The notes below the pieces were generated by a model. It made no database searches and was not told where the DNA came from. It saw nothing but the letters and a program-made list of their open reading frames with translations. Shown here piece by piece: positions 50,514-64,000 of a stretch of 64,000 nt of DNA (within the stretch, counting starts at the first letter, position 1; the number at the start of each line of letters is the position of its first letter). Origin of the DNA: Octopus sinensis (lineage: Eukaryota); the NCBI RefSeq assembly GCF_006345805.1, contig NC_043005.1:45074001-45138000 (forward strand). The letters run 5' to 3'. A program made the translations under genes and the position numbers.

Positions 50514-51854
50514 TAAACATTGAAGACTAATAACTTAGTGTTGAACCCTGTATTCATATCCTTCAGAACAAAGCTTTAATCGAAAGCTAATAAAGTTCAT
50601 AAAATAATCGTTGTCATCTCATCTTCTTATTCTCACATAATCACAAATCTAAAAGCAGTAGGTGAAGTATTATTGTTTGAAGAAAGCATAGTACTTGGTT
50701 GGTCCTGTTCTTTTTTTTTTAAATGATTCACCGAAGTGATATTACACTGGACATTACAGAGAGTAGAACTCATAACACTGAATTATGAAATTAAATATCA
50801 TAAGATGGTATTTAGTCCAACATTCAAATGTTTCTGGTGGTGGTGGTGTTTTTCGTTTTTAAGCCTGGTACTTACTCTCTGAGCCTTTTTTTGCCAAACT
50901 GCTAGGTTGTGGGGACATAAACACACCAACACCAGTTGTTGAGTGGTGGCAAGGGGCAAATACAAACATAACAGCACACAACATAGATATAATTATGAGG
51001 GGCTTCTTTCAGTTTCTGTCTACTAAATCCACTCAACAAGGCTTTGGTTGATTTGAATCTATAGTAGAAGACACTTGCCCAAAAAGTCATGCTGTATGAC
51101 TGAACCCGGAAACATATGGTTGAGAAGCAAGCTTCTTATCAAACTACCACACCTGAGCCTATGATAAAATATATATCACATAATATGATATCTTATTTCT
51201 TTATTGCCCACAAGGAGCTAAACATAGAAGGGACAAACAAGGACAGACAAAGGGATTAAGTCGATTACATCAACTCCAGTGCGTAACTGGTACTTAATTT
51301 ATCGACCCCAAAAGGATGAAAGACAAAGTCGACCTCGGTGGAATTTGAACTTGGAACTCAGAACGAAATACCACTAAGCATTTCGCCCGGCATGCTAACA
51401 TTTCCGCCAGCTCGCTGCTATGGGATGAAATAATATAGTTGCAAGAATGGCTGTGTGGTTAAGAAGTTTGCTACCCAACCACATGGCTTTGGGTTCAATC
51501 TTACAGCATGGTACCCTTGGCTAATGTCTTCTGCTATAGCCCGGCTGACCAAAGCCTTGTGAATGGATATGATAGAGAAAAACTGAATGAAACCCATCAC
51601 GTGTGTGTGTGTGTGGATGTTTGTGTCTCTTTGACTTGACATTACAGCATGACAGTTGTAAATGAGTGACACTATTATACAAGCAGTGTCATTCATTTCT
51701 AATATTCTGCAGTAACATGTCTAATCATAGGGAAAATATTACCTTGCTTGGAAAGAGGTGAGAATTGACAGCAGGAATGGTATTCTGACCTCAGAATATC
51801 TGCTTTGATGAACTGTCTGCCCTATGCGAGCATGGAGAAAAATGGACATTAAAA

Positions 51855-52105
51855 CAATGATGATGAAGATGATGATGGTGTTGGTGGTGATGGTGGTGAT
51901 GATGATGATGATGAGGAGGAGGAGGAGGAGGGGTGAAGGAGAGGAAGAGGAGGGGTGGAGGAGAGGAGGAGGTGGAGGTGGAGGAGAAGGAGAAAGTGGA
52001 GGAGGAGGAGGCGGTGGTGGTGGTGGAGAAAGAGGAGGAGACAGTGGCAATGGTGGCAGCGGTGATGGTGATGGTGGTGGCGGTGGTGAAGGAGGAGGAG
52101 GGTAT
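51855..52105. repeat. Compound (GAT)/(GAG)/(GGT) microsatellite
   Basis: Directly visible. Confidence 0.95.
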
Positions 52106-52837
52106 AATACTAGTATAATATATAATATATAATAATACAAAATAATATAATGCACATGTTTACATATATACAAAACCAGATCTGAGATACGTCAATATAC
52201 TAATTTAGATAAGGTGTGGAATTTCTAAAAAATATTATTTATACTATACTCTTTATAACATAATAGTAACAAAAAAAATTAATATAAAAGATAGTGCTAA
52301 AAACGATAAAAACATGCTAACTATATGATAACATTTGCATGTTTAATCCCTGTTAAGGAATACTAAATTGATATCAAATTCAAGGTGATTTGTTATATGT
52401 AACGTTTTTAACAAGTATATCTGCTTATCAAAATGTAGTTTATTAAATTACAGTTTGTTATTTTTTAACAAAAAAAAAAGTAAATATGTAGAAGATTAAA
52501 TAATTTTTAAAATTCATGTAATATAATACAATCATACATCTATATCCGTTGGAAAACATCTATCATAAAGCATGCAAAAATAATATATGTGTAGCAAAAA
52601 TATAAATAATATAAATAACTTTACAGAAATTCAATACGGAGAATAATTTTAGAAACTGATGCCAACCTCATTAATGCCAATTATTAAAACAACAAACTAA
52701 TGATGAATTTCATTCCAATTTCAGCTGATTTTCTCTTTCAAATAACTTTTGCTTAATCTTATTCAACATGTAAATATATACATATATTAATATATATGTG
52801 CATGCACACACATAGACACGTCCATAAACACACATGC

Positions 52838-52898
<61 letters not shown>

Positions 52899-52928
52899 TG
52901 TGTGTGAGTATGCATGTATGTATATATG

Positions 52929-52960
<32 letters not shown>

Positions 52961-54140
52961 TATACACATATATCAATACAATTGCATACACATATACCAA
53001 AATGTGTGTGTATTACATAGCAATTAGTCTTTTAAAATTTGTCTCTTAATTAAGACTTGTATTTGAGAGAGAAGGATAATAATTAGGAAAAGGCTAATGA
53101 CATAGCTAAATAGAAGGTTCTAAGTATGTAACCATTTAATTCTTATTCAAAAACCATATTCTCAAGAATGTTTCACTATTTATGCCTTTTAATGTGAAGT
53201 CATTATGCTTACACACAGACAAGCATACAAACAGACGTTGATTCCTACACACTCACACACACATTTGCACATATACATACATACATATATATATATATGT
53301 GTGTGTGTGTGTATCAGGCATGGATGTGTGGTTCGGAAGTTTGCTTCCCAACCACACGGTTTCAAGTTCAGTCTCCTTGCATGGCAGCTTAGGCAAGGGT
53401 TTTCTGCTATAGCCCATGACCAACCAAAGCCTTGTCACTAGATTTGGTAAATAGAAACTAAAAAAATACCTGTCATACATGTATATGTGTGTGTATACTC
53501 TAGGGGGTGCTGAAAAGTTCCTGACTTTGACCAAAAGGAAAAAAACAGGAGGATCAGTTAATTATGATTTTATTCAACATTTTCCCCTCTCAGATTCATA
53601 CTTATTGCAGCAGTCCTTCAGTTTTTCTAAGCCCTGTAAGAGAACTTGGAAGTAATTTTGTGACATTGCACCATGATTTTATGGACACCCTCTGTATATA
53701 CACATACACTCATATATACAATGGATGTGTGGTAAAAAGTTTGCTCTTCAACCATATAATTCCAGGTTCAGTCCCATTGCATAGCGTCTTGGGCAGGTAC
53801 GTTCTGCTATAGCCTTGGGCTGACTAAAGCCTTGTAAGTAGATTTGGCAGATGGAAACTTTAAGAAGCCACTGTGTTTGTGTTTGTACACCACTACCTTT
53901 TGTCAACCAGCTTTGGTCTTTTTATATCCCTGTAACTTAACGGTTTGGCAAAAAAGATTGATTGAATAAGTACCAAGCTTTAAAAAAAAAAAGAAATGAA
54001 TGTACTGAGGTCAATTCATTCTTCAAGGTGGTGCCTCACCATGGCCACACTCTAATGGCTGAAACAAGTGGAAAATAAAAGATAAAGATATATTACTGTA
54101 CATGTGTATATATGTACATATATATATATGTGTATATATG

Positions 54141-54292
54141 AAAACTAGAAGTTGAAAATGCACTGAGAAGAGTTAAAATATTTTTTATTAATATATTTAA
54201 AGTTTTAACCAGTTTCACAGATTACACTGGCTTTAAATATATCAATAAAAAGTATTTTAACTACTCTCAGTGTATTTTCATCTTCTAGTTTT
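54141..54292. mobile_element. Foldback MITE-like palindrome (~62-bp arms)
   Basis: aaaactagaagttgaaaatgcactgag... versus ...ctcagtgtattttcatcttctagtttt. Confidence 0.75.
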
Positions 54293-54353
54293 ACCTATAT
54301 TTCTATCTGTGTGGAATAAAATAACTTTGTTTTATATATATATATATATGTGT

Positions 54354-54398
<45 letters not shown>

Positions 54399-55769
54399 AC
54401 ACACATATAAAGTCATATAGCTTTTAAATATATGTACCGTTCAACCCATGCCAGCATGAAAAACAGACATTAAATGATGACGATGATGATGATGATATAT
54501 GTGTATGTGTGTGTGTGTGTGTTTGTGTCTGTGTGTATGTATATAAATATGTATATGTACATGTATATTTATATCTGTAAATATATATCTTAGAGAGAGA
54601 GAGAGAGAGATCACGAGAGAGAGAAAACAGACATACAAAGATGCTTTTAGTAAATATACATTTTTAATCCTTACTGTGAAAAGCAGATATTGTGGTTAAC
54701 CCCCATGTTTTGCTCTCAGTAGTGACAAAAATACAGATAGATCAGTTTTGAAATCTTTTGTATTTTTTTTTTCTTTGTTTATTGTTTTTTTTAACTGCTT
54801 CGTCAGATATCAATTACTTTGCTTTCTGAATAACAGAAAGTATTGTAATTCATAATGAAGTTAAAAATGTTTTTATTTAAACCACACATTTATAAAGTCT
54901 AGCTTACATCTCTAGTTATCCGAACATGCCGATGTGTTAACTTCAATTAATTATTCACATTGCTTACATTTGCACTTTCATGCAAATTAGATCTCAAAAT
55001 AATTATTCTCTCCATAACCATGAAAATGATTAATCACTCCCTGATGAAGCAACAAATAAAACTGAAACTAGTCATGTTGATTTATGCTTTTAATTACAAA
55101 GACAAAAGCATGTGTCTTGATAACAATTAAGCTAAATTTGTGTGTTTACTAACACAGATGATTGTAAATTTTACTTATATCCTTGTTCATCTCAAAGCTG
55201 TGTATTGAATGTACAGTTGTGGCCAATGATTTTGGCAAAGGCGTTATTTGCCTCGACAAATTCCATAAGACTCATACAAATATGAAAAAGTTTATATTAA
55301 AATGGTGTAACAAAATATATACATATATGTATATACACGCGTATGTATGTATGCATCTATATATATATATGTATGTATGTATCATCATCATCACCACCTT
55401 CATTTCATATTCATTTTCCAAGCTGGCTTGCATTGGATGGTTTGACACTGTCTCTTTTGGCTTTAGTTTCTATGACTGGATGCCCTTCCTAACACCAACC
55501 ACCTTTTCAGAGTGGACTGAGTGCTTTTTATCTGGCACCGGCACTGGCAACATCTGTTTTGGCATGGTTTTTATGGCTGGATGTGCTTCCTAATGCCAAC
55601 CACTTTACAGTGTCTTGGGTGCATTTTATATGGTACTAGCACTGGGAGGGTCAACAAATAACTCACAAGATAAAGATTCTTTGAAAGAGAAGGTATTAGA
55701 GGAGGTGGCCTTATGTCAGGTGATGAGAAGTTAGAGTATGACAGAGGGACATGTATGTGTGTATGTATA

Positions 55770-56120
55770 TGAGGTGCATTCCAGAAATCTTGGGATCTTT
55801 TCTGGAGAGACATTAATTTCAAAGAAGTACAAAACTCTAACCTCTTTCAGAGTAAGATCCTCTGACTTCAGTACACTCCAGCAACGAAGACCCCCCCCAC
55901 CTCCCATAGAAGTCCTCTAAAGTGAAGGTGTCCAAAACCCTTGTCATAGCTTCCTTCAGTTTGTGGAACAACCAAGAATCATGGGGAGTGGGGTCTGGTC
56001 TGTAGGGAGGATGAAGGATAGTAGTTGGTTACCGGGATGGAATTGCAACAAGCAGTGTTTAGCAACACGTGTTCAAGGTGCTATTACAGCCATCTTCTCC
56101 AATGTGAAATAAAAAAGTTG
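55770..56120 (-). mobile_element. Mariner transposase 3' remnant
   Basis: ILHPPYRPDPTPHDSWLFHKLKE, a degenerate HPPYSPDLAPxDFWLFPKLK motif. Confidence 0.75.
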
Positions 56121-56163
56121 GCAGGTCAGATTATTAGCGTATTGGAAATATAGAAATGATATA

Positions 56164-56395
56164 CAGTAATCCCTCAACTACCACAGGTAGTTCCAAACAC
56201 CCCTGCAATAGGTGAAAATCCACTAAGTAGAAACAGTATAGTATTGCGTAATTTTTTAATTATTTTTATAATTTGTATATATTTATTTTATCATGAATAC
56301 AAAACAACACTACAGAGGAATTGATGTAAGCTTAAATAATAAACTGTGATAGCTGAACTGCAATAGGTGAACCACGATATGGCAAGGGATTACAG
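56164..56395. mobile_element. pogo/Tigger-type MITE
   Basis: TA-flanked TIR cagtaatccct / agggattacag. Confidence 0.65.
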
Positions 56396-57263
56396 TACTC
56401 AAATTACAATAATCTAGGTCAATTGGAACTGCCTTTCCTAAAAATGTCTCAAAACTTCTGGAGTTCCCTTTGTGTGTGTGTGTGTGTGAGTGTTTACATA
56501 TGTACATTCAGTATGGCAAAATTGTTAAGTTCACTTCACAACCAGAAGGTCCTTAGTTCAATCATACTACTTAACATTTTGGACAAATGTCATTTTCTAT
56601 GCCCTCACATTCCCCTATACTGTAAGGTGGGGATGAGGCAGATGGAAACTGTGGGATGGATTCTAACTAATTCAAAGGCACAGCCTTGCAACACATTGTG
56701 TCATGCAGTTTCAGCTGGTGACTACACAGGTATTTGTGAAATACTCGGCCAGTTACACATTAATTCTGCAGCAGTTAATTCACTTCAACAAACAACTGAA
56801 AATAAAAAAAGATCAGCCACACACACACACACACTCATTCACACATGCTCACACAACACACATCCATGCATGCATATGGATGTATGTATGTCATTGTTCA
56901 GTTTTATTTCAAGATTTCTTGCCAACAGAGAAAGAGCCAGTTTCTAACTTAGATCCAAAGCTCCTTCATTGGAATTTCAACATCAACAACAGGGTATTTT
57001 TGTTTGTATGTATGTATATGTACAGATTTGTATGTTCTGTTTTATGTATGTATTCTCATGCATATAGTTGCATGCCTTGACATGCTCATATATACTTAAA
57101 TGGTGAACTTTTGGAAAGTTTTACTGATTTTTACAGTTCTACTGATGGACTGATCTGTAGTCTACAAATTAATTTTCTCCTTTGTGGTTTTGAGACGCCT
57201 TATTTCTCAAGATTGATATTTAGGCAGTGTGTTACATATCCCTAATAAATAATGGATGGATAA

Positions 57264-57294
<31 letters not shown>

Positions 57295-57769
57295 TGTATG
57301 GATGGATGTATGTATGGATGGATGTATGTATGTATGTATGATCTCTTCTGTTTTCAATTATTTAAATTCTTCCTCTGAGGAAGGAACTGGTTTCTGACAA
57401 AAATACAAAGGTCTGTCATTGGAAAGTAGATAACAAAAACAATGTTATATTTTAAACTTGAGGAAAACTCTTGCATATTTTTACTGTTCCACTCACAGAT
57501 TGTATTTATAATGTGTGAATTGGTTGGTCGATTTCTTTTTCTGAAAATTCAAGATTATCCAGATTGTCACTTGGGCATTTACTTACAAAACCAAGTGCAC
57601 CAGTTGTTATTGGTATAAATATGAATTTATAATATGGATATAGAAGCTGGAAGTTTTGAAGTAGTTGTCCATAGATATCTTCTTACTCTTCAACTGATCT
57701 ATATGATAGTACATCCTTTTTCTTGTCTAACCCAAACAACAATATCCAGTCTGTTATGTTTACAGGAAA

Positions 57770-60300
57770 TTTACAGGAAAACAAAAGATGAAGACAGGTG
57801 TATGAACAACAAACAGGTGTATTAGTTTGATGCTCAGGAAAGTGAGAAAGTCTTTTGCATTACAAGCCTATGCTCTTCAACAGAAAGGAATATGAGAAAA
57901 TAAACAGAGCAAGAATAAAAAAAAAAACTTGTGGATTTACAAGTCGAGCATGGTGACATGTTGGAAAAAAAAAGGTCTGACAGGAGAGATTGAAAGAAGG
58001 GAAGATAATAATAAAGAGAGAAGGTGGGTAGGAGTGAATAGAGGAAGTAGGTGTCAGATGAAGAGAGGAGAGGTGGGTAGGGGTGAAGAGAGGAAGTAAA
58101 TGTCAGATGAAGAGAGGAGAGGAGTTGAGCCGATGTGGTGCAAGCGAGCAAAGAGGGAAGATTAATTCCAGTTCACAGTGAAGGCAGGAATCTGGATGAC
58201 CTCTGTGCAAATACGATCTGAACACAGACAGGTATTGTAGTGAATGATTGGTAAAGAGGAAATGGCACAAGACCAAGGTGTCATTGCTGAGTCAGATGTC
58301 TTGGAGGTGCTCCGCAAACTGGTCAGCCAAGCTGTGCCCCATTTGACCAATGTACAGAGAAAGGCAGGAAGAGCCAGAGATGCAGAAAATGATGTTGCTA
58401 GAAGTGCAGGTAAAGGAGTTGGTGATATGATAGGGATGATTATGAGTGCCTGTGGGGCTGGTAGTGTTGGTAGGTAAGGACAAATGTAGTAGCATGGGTG
58501 GGAGTAAGGGAATGAGCTAGGTTGGGAGATGGGGTTAGGAAAAAACTGTGAACCAAGATGTTAAGCAGGTTGTTGCAGGCTTGTTTGAAAGAGGGAAAGG
58601 TAGGCTGGGGAGGGGGAAGGGTCAGACTGGAGTTGACAGAAGGCTCGGGGAATGGTGCATTGGAGTGGCAGGGTGGTGGTGGTGGTAGGTGAGGGGAAAC
58701 AGGAGATGGGTAGTGCGGGGAGATAGAGCAGAGATATGGTCCACAGAACTTGCTCTGGCAAGGGCTGTGTGGATGGTGGTGAGGGGATATCCATGAAGGA
58801 TGAAGTGGCAAGCCATGAGTTGAGACTGAGTCTCAAAGTCTTGGTTGTCATTGCAGAACCTGTGCAGATGGAGAAATTTGGAGTAAGGGATGGGGAGCTT
58901 GGTGTGGGTAGGGTGGGAGGAGGAGAAGTTAAGGTAGGAGTGTGACTCAGTGTGTTTGTAGTGGATGGAGGTAGTGAGAGCAGAGTGGTGTATGTTGACA
59001 CAAATGTCGAGAAATGCGATGGAAGTGTTGGAAATAGTGCAGGAGAATTCGAAGGCAGGATGGAAGGATTGGACAAAAGAGAGGAAGGGGTCTAGTTGTT
59101 CACGGAAGATTGAGGTCACAATGATACAGTCCTCAATATAATGACCGTATAGTTCAGGAGTGGGACCAGTGAATCGTTGAGAGCAAAAAGTCCTTCATTG
59201 TGTGGGATCATCATATACAGACTCTTGATATCAAGAGTGAAGAGAAGTCGAGAGAGGCCAGAAAGGAAGAAGAAAGAGTTAAAGAGATGGAGAGCATGCT
59301 TAGTGTCATGGATGTTGGAGGAGAGGGAAGCCACTAAGGGAGCAAGGACATGGTTGAGGTATCTAGGGATCAATTCCATGGGGCAGTTACAGGCGGAGGC
59401 GATGGGGCAGCCAGGGTTGTTGGGTTTGTAGATTTTGGGTGGGAAGTAACTGGTGGGGTGCATGGAGTGTGGACATTGAAGTTGGAGGTAATGGGAAGGA
59501 GACAGGAGGAGGAGGAGATGAGGTCTTGGAGAGTGGAAGACACAGCCTGATGGTAGTAAGGCATGGGGTTGGAGGACAGAGGGCTATAGAAGGAGGTGTC
59601 TTGAAGTTGGTGGAGAACTTCAGCTTTGTAGAGGTCCGTGCGCCACACCACTATGGCTCCACCCTTGTCAGCCAGTTTTATGATGATGTCTTTGTGGCAT
59701 CAGAGACATTGAAGGGCCAAGAGTTCAGCCGGGGATATGTTAAAATGTTAGGGACTCTTGCAAATGTTAAACCGGTCAACAACATTTTGGCAGATGCTTG
59801 CAAAATGATCAACTGCTTGGAACTGGCCAGGAGCTGGCATCCAGTGGGATGGTCAGCAGCTCAGGTCAGTTAAGTAGTCCTCTTCATTAGATACTGGTGG
59901 AGTGTTGTGGAATAGTGCATATAGCCTGACAAAGCTATGAATATTAACACAGGAATGAAACTCGTTACTGGATGGAAGATGTTTTAATTGGAATATGTCT
60001 GTAGAAAACAGTGCCTGATGTGAGGAGGAAATTCGGACAAAATTGCATCAAGTTTGAACAGCTCAAGACAAATGTTTTAAAGGTTCTTGATGTGAATTTT
60101 CCAGAGTATGTTAGTGAGCAGCCCAATTTAACTCGTAATTAGTGTGAGTGTGTGTATCTAATTAAGGCAGACCGTAAAAGTCATCAAAGAAGCCGCACAC
60201 TCAAAGAAGTTGCTAACTACACTTTACAAAGCATTTCTACTTGGAGGGCATCTGAAAAAGGATGTTTGTCATGTTGAAGGTGGGCTGAAATGACATATGA
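57770..60300 (-). mobile_element. Penelope-like element (RT plus GIY-YIG endonuclease), degenerate
   Basis: Minus-strand segments in order: NEFHSCVNIHSFVRLYALF; WMPAPGQF..NISPAELLALQCL*CHKDIIIKLADKGGAIVVWRTDLY; KIYKPNNPGCPIASAC; LFTLDIKSLY; FLDICV..TSIHYKHTESHSYL; then GIY-YIG TCTSSNIIFCISGSSCLSLYIGQMGHSLADQFAEHLQDI and the 3' terminal repeat. The 5' boundary is approximate. Confidence 0.92.
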
Positions 60301-60887
60301 AGGTTCACCAAAACAATTCTACAGCACTTAACTGCAAGTGAAGCCTCTGATTGTCACATCTGTACAAAAGAGAGTAAATATGTGGCAGGATAGAAAAGTC
60401 ATATCCATACTTCTCTTGTTTAGGAGAACAAGTAAGCAATGACATTACTTGCAAATGAGTTGCAGTCATCATGTGTATAAGTGCATAATGCCACCATCAT
60501 AAGCTGTATGGTAAGAAGCTTACTTTCTAACTTTATGGATCTGGGTTCATTCCTGTTATGTGACATCTTGAGCAAGTGTCTTCTGCTATAGCCTTGGGCT
60601 GACCAAAACCTTGTGAGCGGATTTGATAGATGGAAACTAAAAGGAGCCCGTCTTGTGTGTGTGTCCTTGTGCAAGGGCCATGCTAATCCCCTAACTAAAA
60701 GGTGTTATATTATTGTTTCCAAGCTATATTTTCCTTTAATTTTCTGTGTTATATATGAGAAGAGAAACATATAGTAGCAATAATTTTTTCACCAGGATTA
60801 CAAAGTCTTTTCATGGATTACTTATAATAAGAGACAATAATAGCAATAATATACAAGAAATCTATTTTTATGATACTTTCTCTTAGG

Positions 60888-61265
60888 TGTAGGTGTGGCT
60901 GTGTGGTAAGATTTTTGTTCCCCTGTCACATGGTCCTGAGTTCATTCCTATTGCATGGCAGCTTGGGCAAGTGTCATTCAACTATAGCTTTGGGCTGACC
61001 AAAGCTTTGTGAGTGGATTTGGTGGATGAAAACTGAAAGAAGCCTATCATATATGTATGTGTGTGTGTGTCTGTGTGTGTCCTCCACCACCACTTTACAA
61101 CCGGTGCTGGTGTCTTTACATCCCCTTCAATTAGCAGTTCAGCAAAAAAGACTGATAGAATAAGTACCTGGCTTAGAAAAAATAAGTACTGGGGATGATT
61201 TGTTCAACTAAAATTCTTCAAGACAATGTCCCAGTATGGCCACAGTCTAATGACTGAGAAAGATA
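60888..61265 (+). mobile_element. SINE family A
   Basis: Head and tail. Further partial copies at 15270, 23490, 35135, 37430, 43070(-), 44615(-), 45815(-), 50860(-), 51440, 53315, 53720, 60500(-) and 63415. Confidence 0.85.
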
Positions 61266-61819
61266 AAAATACAGACTGTACCAGTTGATTCATTTGTATG
61301 TTTTATCTTCCTCAGTCATTAGACTGTGGTCCTGTGTGAAGGCACATGGCTCAGTGGTTAGAGCATCAAGCTCGCAATCATGAGGTAGAGAGTTCAATTC
61401 CCAAACTGGGCTGTGTGTTGTGTTCTTGAGCAAGACACTTTATTTCATGTTGTTCCAGTTCACTCAGCTGTAGAAATGAGTTGCAATGTCTCTGGTACCA
61501 AGCTATATTGGCCTTTGCTTTTCCCTTGGGTAACATCTGTGGCACAGACTGGGGAGGCTAATATACATGAGTGACTACTGGTCTCCTATAGACAACCTTG
61601 CCCAGATTTGTGCCTTGAAAGAGAACTTTCTAGGTGCAATTACAATGTCATTCATGACCAAAGGGGTCTTTTTACTAGTTGATCCTCTAGTTAACTTGAA
61701 GTAAGATTTGATCTTGTCTTTGTAATTGAATTATTGTGTTAATGTAGATAGACTGTGTTTGAGGATAGGAAAACTGAAGAGTCATGCAATTTCTTTCTCC
61801 TCTCCTTCTTTCTCTGCAG

Positions 61820-61868
61820 GAAGGCGCTGTCTGAAATGTTAGAATTCATCTCTTTTCTCAAAAAACAT
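61820..61868 (+). other. Candidate short exon
   Basis: Very strong acceptor tttctttctcctctccttctttctctgcag. Frame KALSEMLEFISFLKKH; donor uncertain. Confidence 0.25.
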
Positions 61869-63650
61869 GTACTTACTAAAATTTACAAACTGAATTTTCA
61901 GCAATACTTCTTGTTGTTTGTTTATGTATTTTTCAGCAGTTGATTTAACAGATAACATCTTATGCTGGTTGCTACATAATTGGAAAATGTAACTTTCAAG
62001 AAGTAACAGCGCGTTTAACACACTTGGTATAGAACTACCTTTACAGTAAGAAATGGGAAACTCTTAGGCTACAATTATTTAAAAGAAGGTTAATTAAAGA
62101 ATCAGAAACCAAGTTTTTTTGAATGAAGTAATTAAAAACAAGGAATGAGAGAGAGAAAGAGAAAGAGAGAGAGAGAGAGATAGGGAAGAAAAGTGTTTTT
62201 TTTTTTTTTTTTGCATAAAATGATCTGTGCTGTTTAAGAAGTAAATAAAATGCAAAATAATTAAAATTTGAAGATCTCTTTGGTATACAAGAAGTGCTGA
62301 TAGAGAAAGGTCTGAAATTAATGTGATGGTAATTTAGGGAAATTAGTCTCACTAATTATACAAATAGGAATATAACACAAAAATATTTTCATTAATAAAA
62401 TATAATCCAAACTAAAAAAAAAAAAGCAATTGATGATAGTGAGAATAAAAATGTAAGACTAAAGCAATCAATCTGAATCACTAGAGGGAAAAGTGCAAAA
62501 TGAGTTTTAAGAAAATAAAAGGAAAAAATGGGTTTTTTTTTTTTAGTGTATTAAAATAATCTTGATAATGAAAAGAAGAGATGGCCTCAAGATATAAAAC
62601 TAATGATCTCTGGATAAATCAACCAATTAACAGATTTTTAAAAATATGGTTTTTATCTTACACTACATGCAAAGAGTTAATACAAAATAATTTTTGGGGG
62701 GCTTTCAGTAAAAGCGTGTTAGCTTGAGCAGAGAAAGAATTTTACTCGATGAGAATTTAGTGACTGAGCAAGACCATGTAACAGAAGCTTATCTCAATAG
62801 GAAGAATGATGTTCGGTGTGAATAGTTGCCTAAGACATGTAAAGATTTCTACTGCCAAGAATACTCCTGAAACTTTAGCTGTATAATCTCAATTCACTTT
62901 TGTAGTTTGCGCTGTTATCAAAGAGTCTCCAAGGACATGGTTCAACAACTTATTGATTTCTGTTTGTTGATCATGGAAAATGATAGAATGCTGCTCCAGC
63001 TGAATGGATAGTATCTGTTCTACTGACTTTTCTAGAGAATGACAATATGACTATAGAATAAAGAATGTTTTATAGCAACTAAAACAGTGTTGTAGACAAT
63101 CAGTATCTAAAATCTTATAATAATGATCAGTATATAAAGAAGCGATATCACTTTATCATAAAACAAAGAGAATTCAGTCAGTAGGAAGTGCTTATTAAAG
63201 ATAACAACAGCAATTAGATGTTATTGATATAAACATATTAGGAGCTTGATAATATCTTATGGCAACAAGTTAACATTTTTCTTAGCTCTGTTTCTATGCT
63301 GTTCTCCTTCTGTGACAGTCTAAAAGCTGCTCTAGCCAGAGAAAGCACATTTATTCTTAAATGTGCATACTTACACTCATAAACGCACAATGAATATGTA
63401 CAAATATATACATAGGTGCAAGTGTGGCTGTGTGGTAAGAAATGCTTCCCAATCACATGACTGCATGGTTCTGGGTTCAGTTCCACTGTGTGGTACGTTG
63501 TGCAAGTGCCTTCTACTAGAGCTTCAAGCCAACAATACATTGTGAATGGATTTGGAAGACAGAAACTAAAAGAAGCCAATTGTTTATATCTATATATCTA
63601 TATATTTATATATATATATGTATATATATATATATAAATACATATATCTA

Positions 63651-64000
63651 TTAGGTTGACAACTAAGTTCCTGCCATTTTTTAAAATTTGAATTTTTTTA
63701 AAGGTTTAATAAAAAATATCAATTAATTAATCAATAATGTATTCCCCCTTGTTGATTACAACTTCTTCCCAAAATTCCACAAGGTTTTTCAATACCTCGT
63801 TGGTAGAAACCATTTGATTTTGACTCGGAAAAATGGATCCAACCAAGCTCTCAATTCTGCATCAGTATTGAACAAAACTCCATGCATAGCATTTGAAAGA
63901 GAGCAAAAGTGGTGGAAATTCATTGGTGCCAAATCAGAAGAGTATGGTGGATGTGGCACCAATTCCCGGCCATGTGTTTGAATGACTTCTTAGGTCATAT
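63651..64000 (-). mobile_element. Mariner transposon 3' end (TIR plus transposase C-terminus), runs off the window
   Basis: TA followed by the TIR ttaggttgacaactaag. Translation ELVPHPPYSSDLAPMNFHHFCSLSNAMHG..ELRAWLDPFF..RGIE..FWEEVVINKGEYIID*. Confidence 0.9.

Noticed and set aside
55198-55304. QLWPMILAKAL resembling calpain/androglobin LWPxLLxKA
   Set aside because: A single short motif in a frame with stops; other islands do not match that family, so no gene symbol was assigned.
57634-57825. 63-aa ORF or exon
   Set aside because: Its 3' half is the Penelope terminal repeat, homologous to 9060-9120.
59640-60430. + strand near-open frames with GT31 glycosyltransferase-like motifs (FYDDVFV ... 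WMEDVLIGICL)
   Set aside because: The reverse strand encodes the Penelope ORF here (DIIIKLADKGG, NISPAELLAL, WMPAPG, NEFHSCVNIHSFVRL), so the + frames are an antisense shadow.

Overview
Repeat-saturated, AT-rich eukaryotic genomic DNA. The tRNA-headed SINEs, RTE-derived 3' tails and microsatellite load point to a cephalopod, probably Octopus (inference from the repeat repertoire). No intact, identifiable host gene is visible. Recognisable elements are: a CCHC-knuckle LINE ORF1 (L1/Tx1-like, minus), an R4/Dong-like REL-endonuclease 3' fragment, a young but frameshifted 3.5-kb RTE LINE plus many copies of its tail, a 2.5-kb Penelope-like element, two CR1-like 3' ends, Tc1, mariner and hAT transposase remnants, several MITEs or foldbacks, and dozens of copies of at least three SINE families. 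Two observations stand out. First, minimal type-I hammerhead-like motifs sit in Penelope-type termini. Second, a series of + strand, non-repetitive, exon-sized islands with canonical splice signals, several carrying in-frame stops, may be a decayed multi-exon gene or a spliced non-coding transcript; this is tentative and I could not name the protein. Most short ORFs in the supplied track are microsatellite or antisense artefacts.
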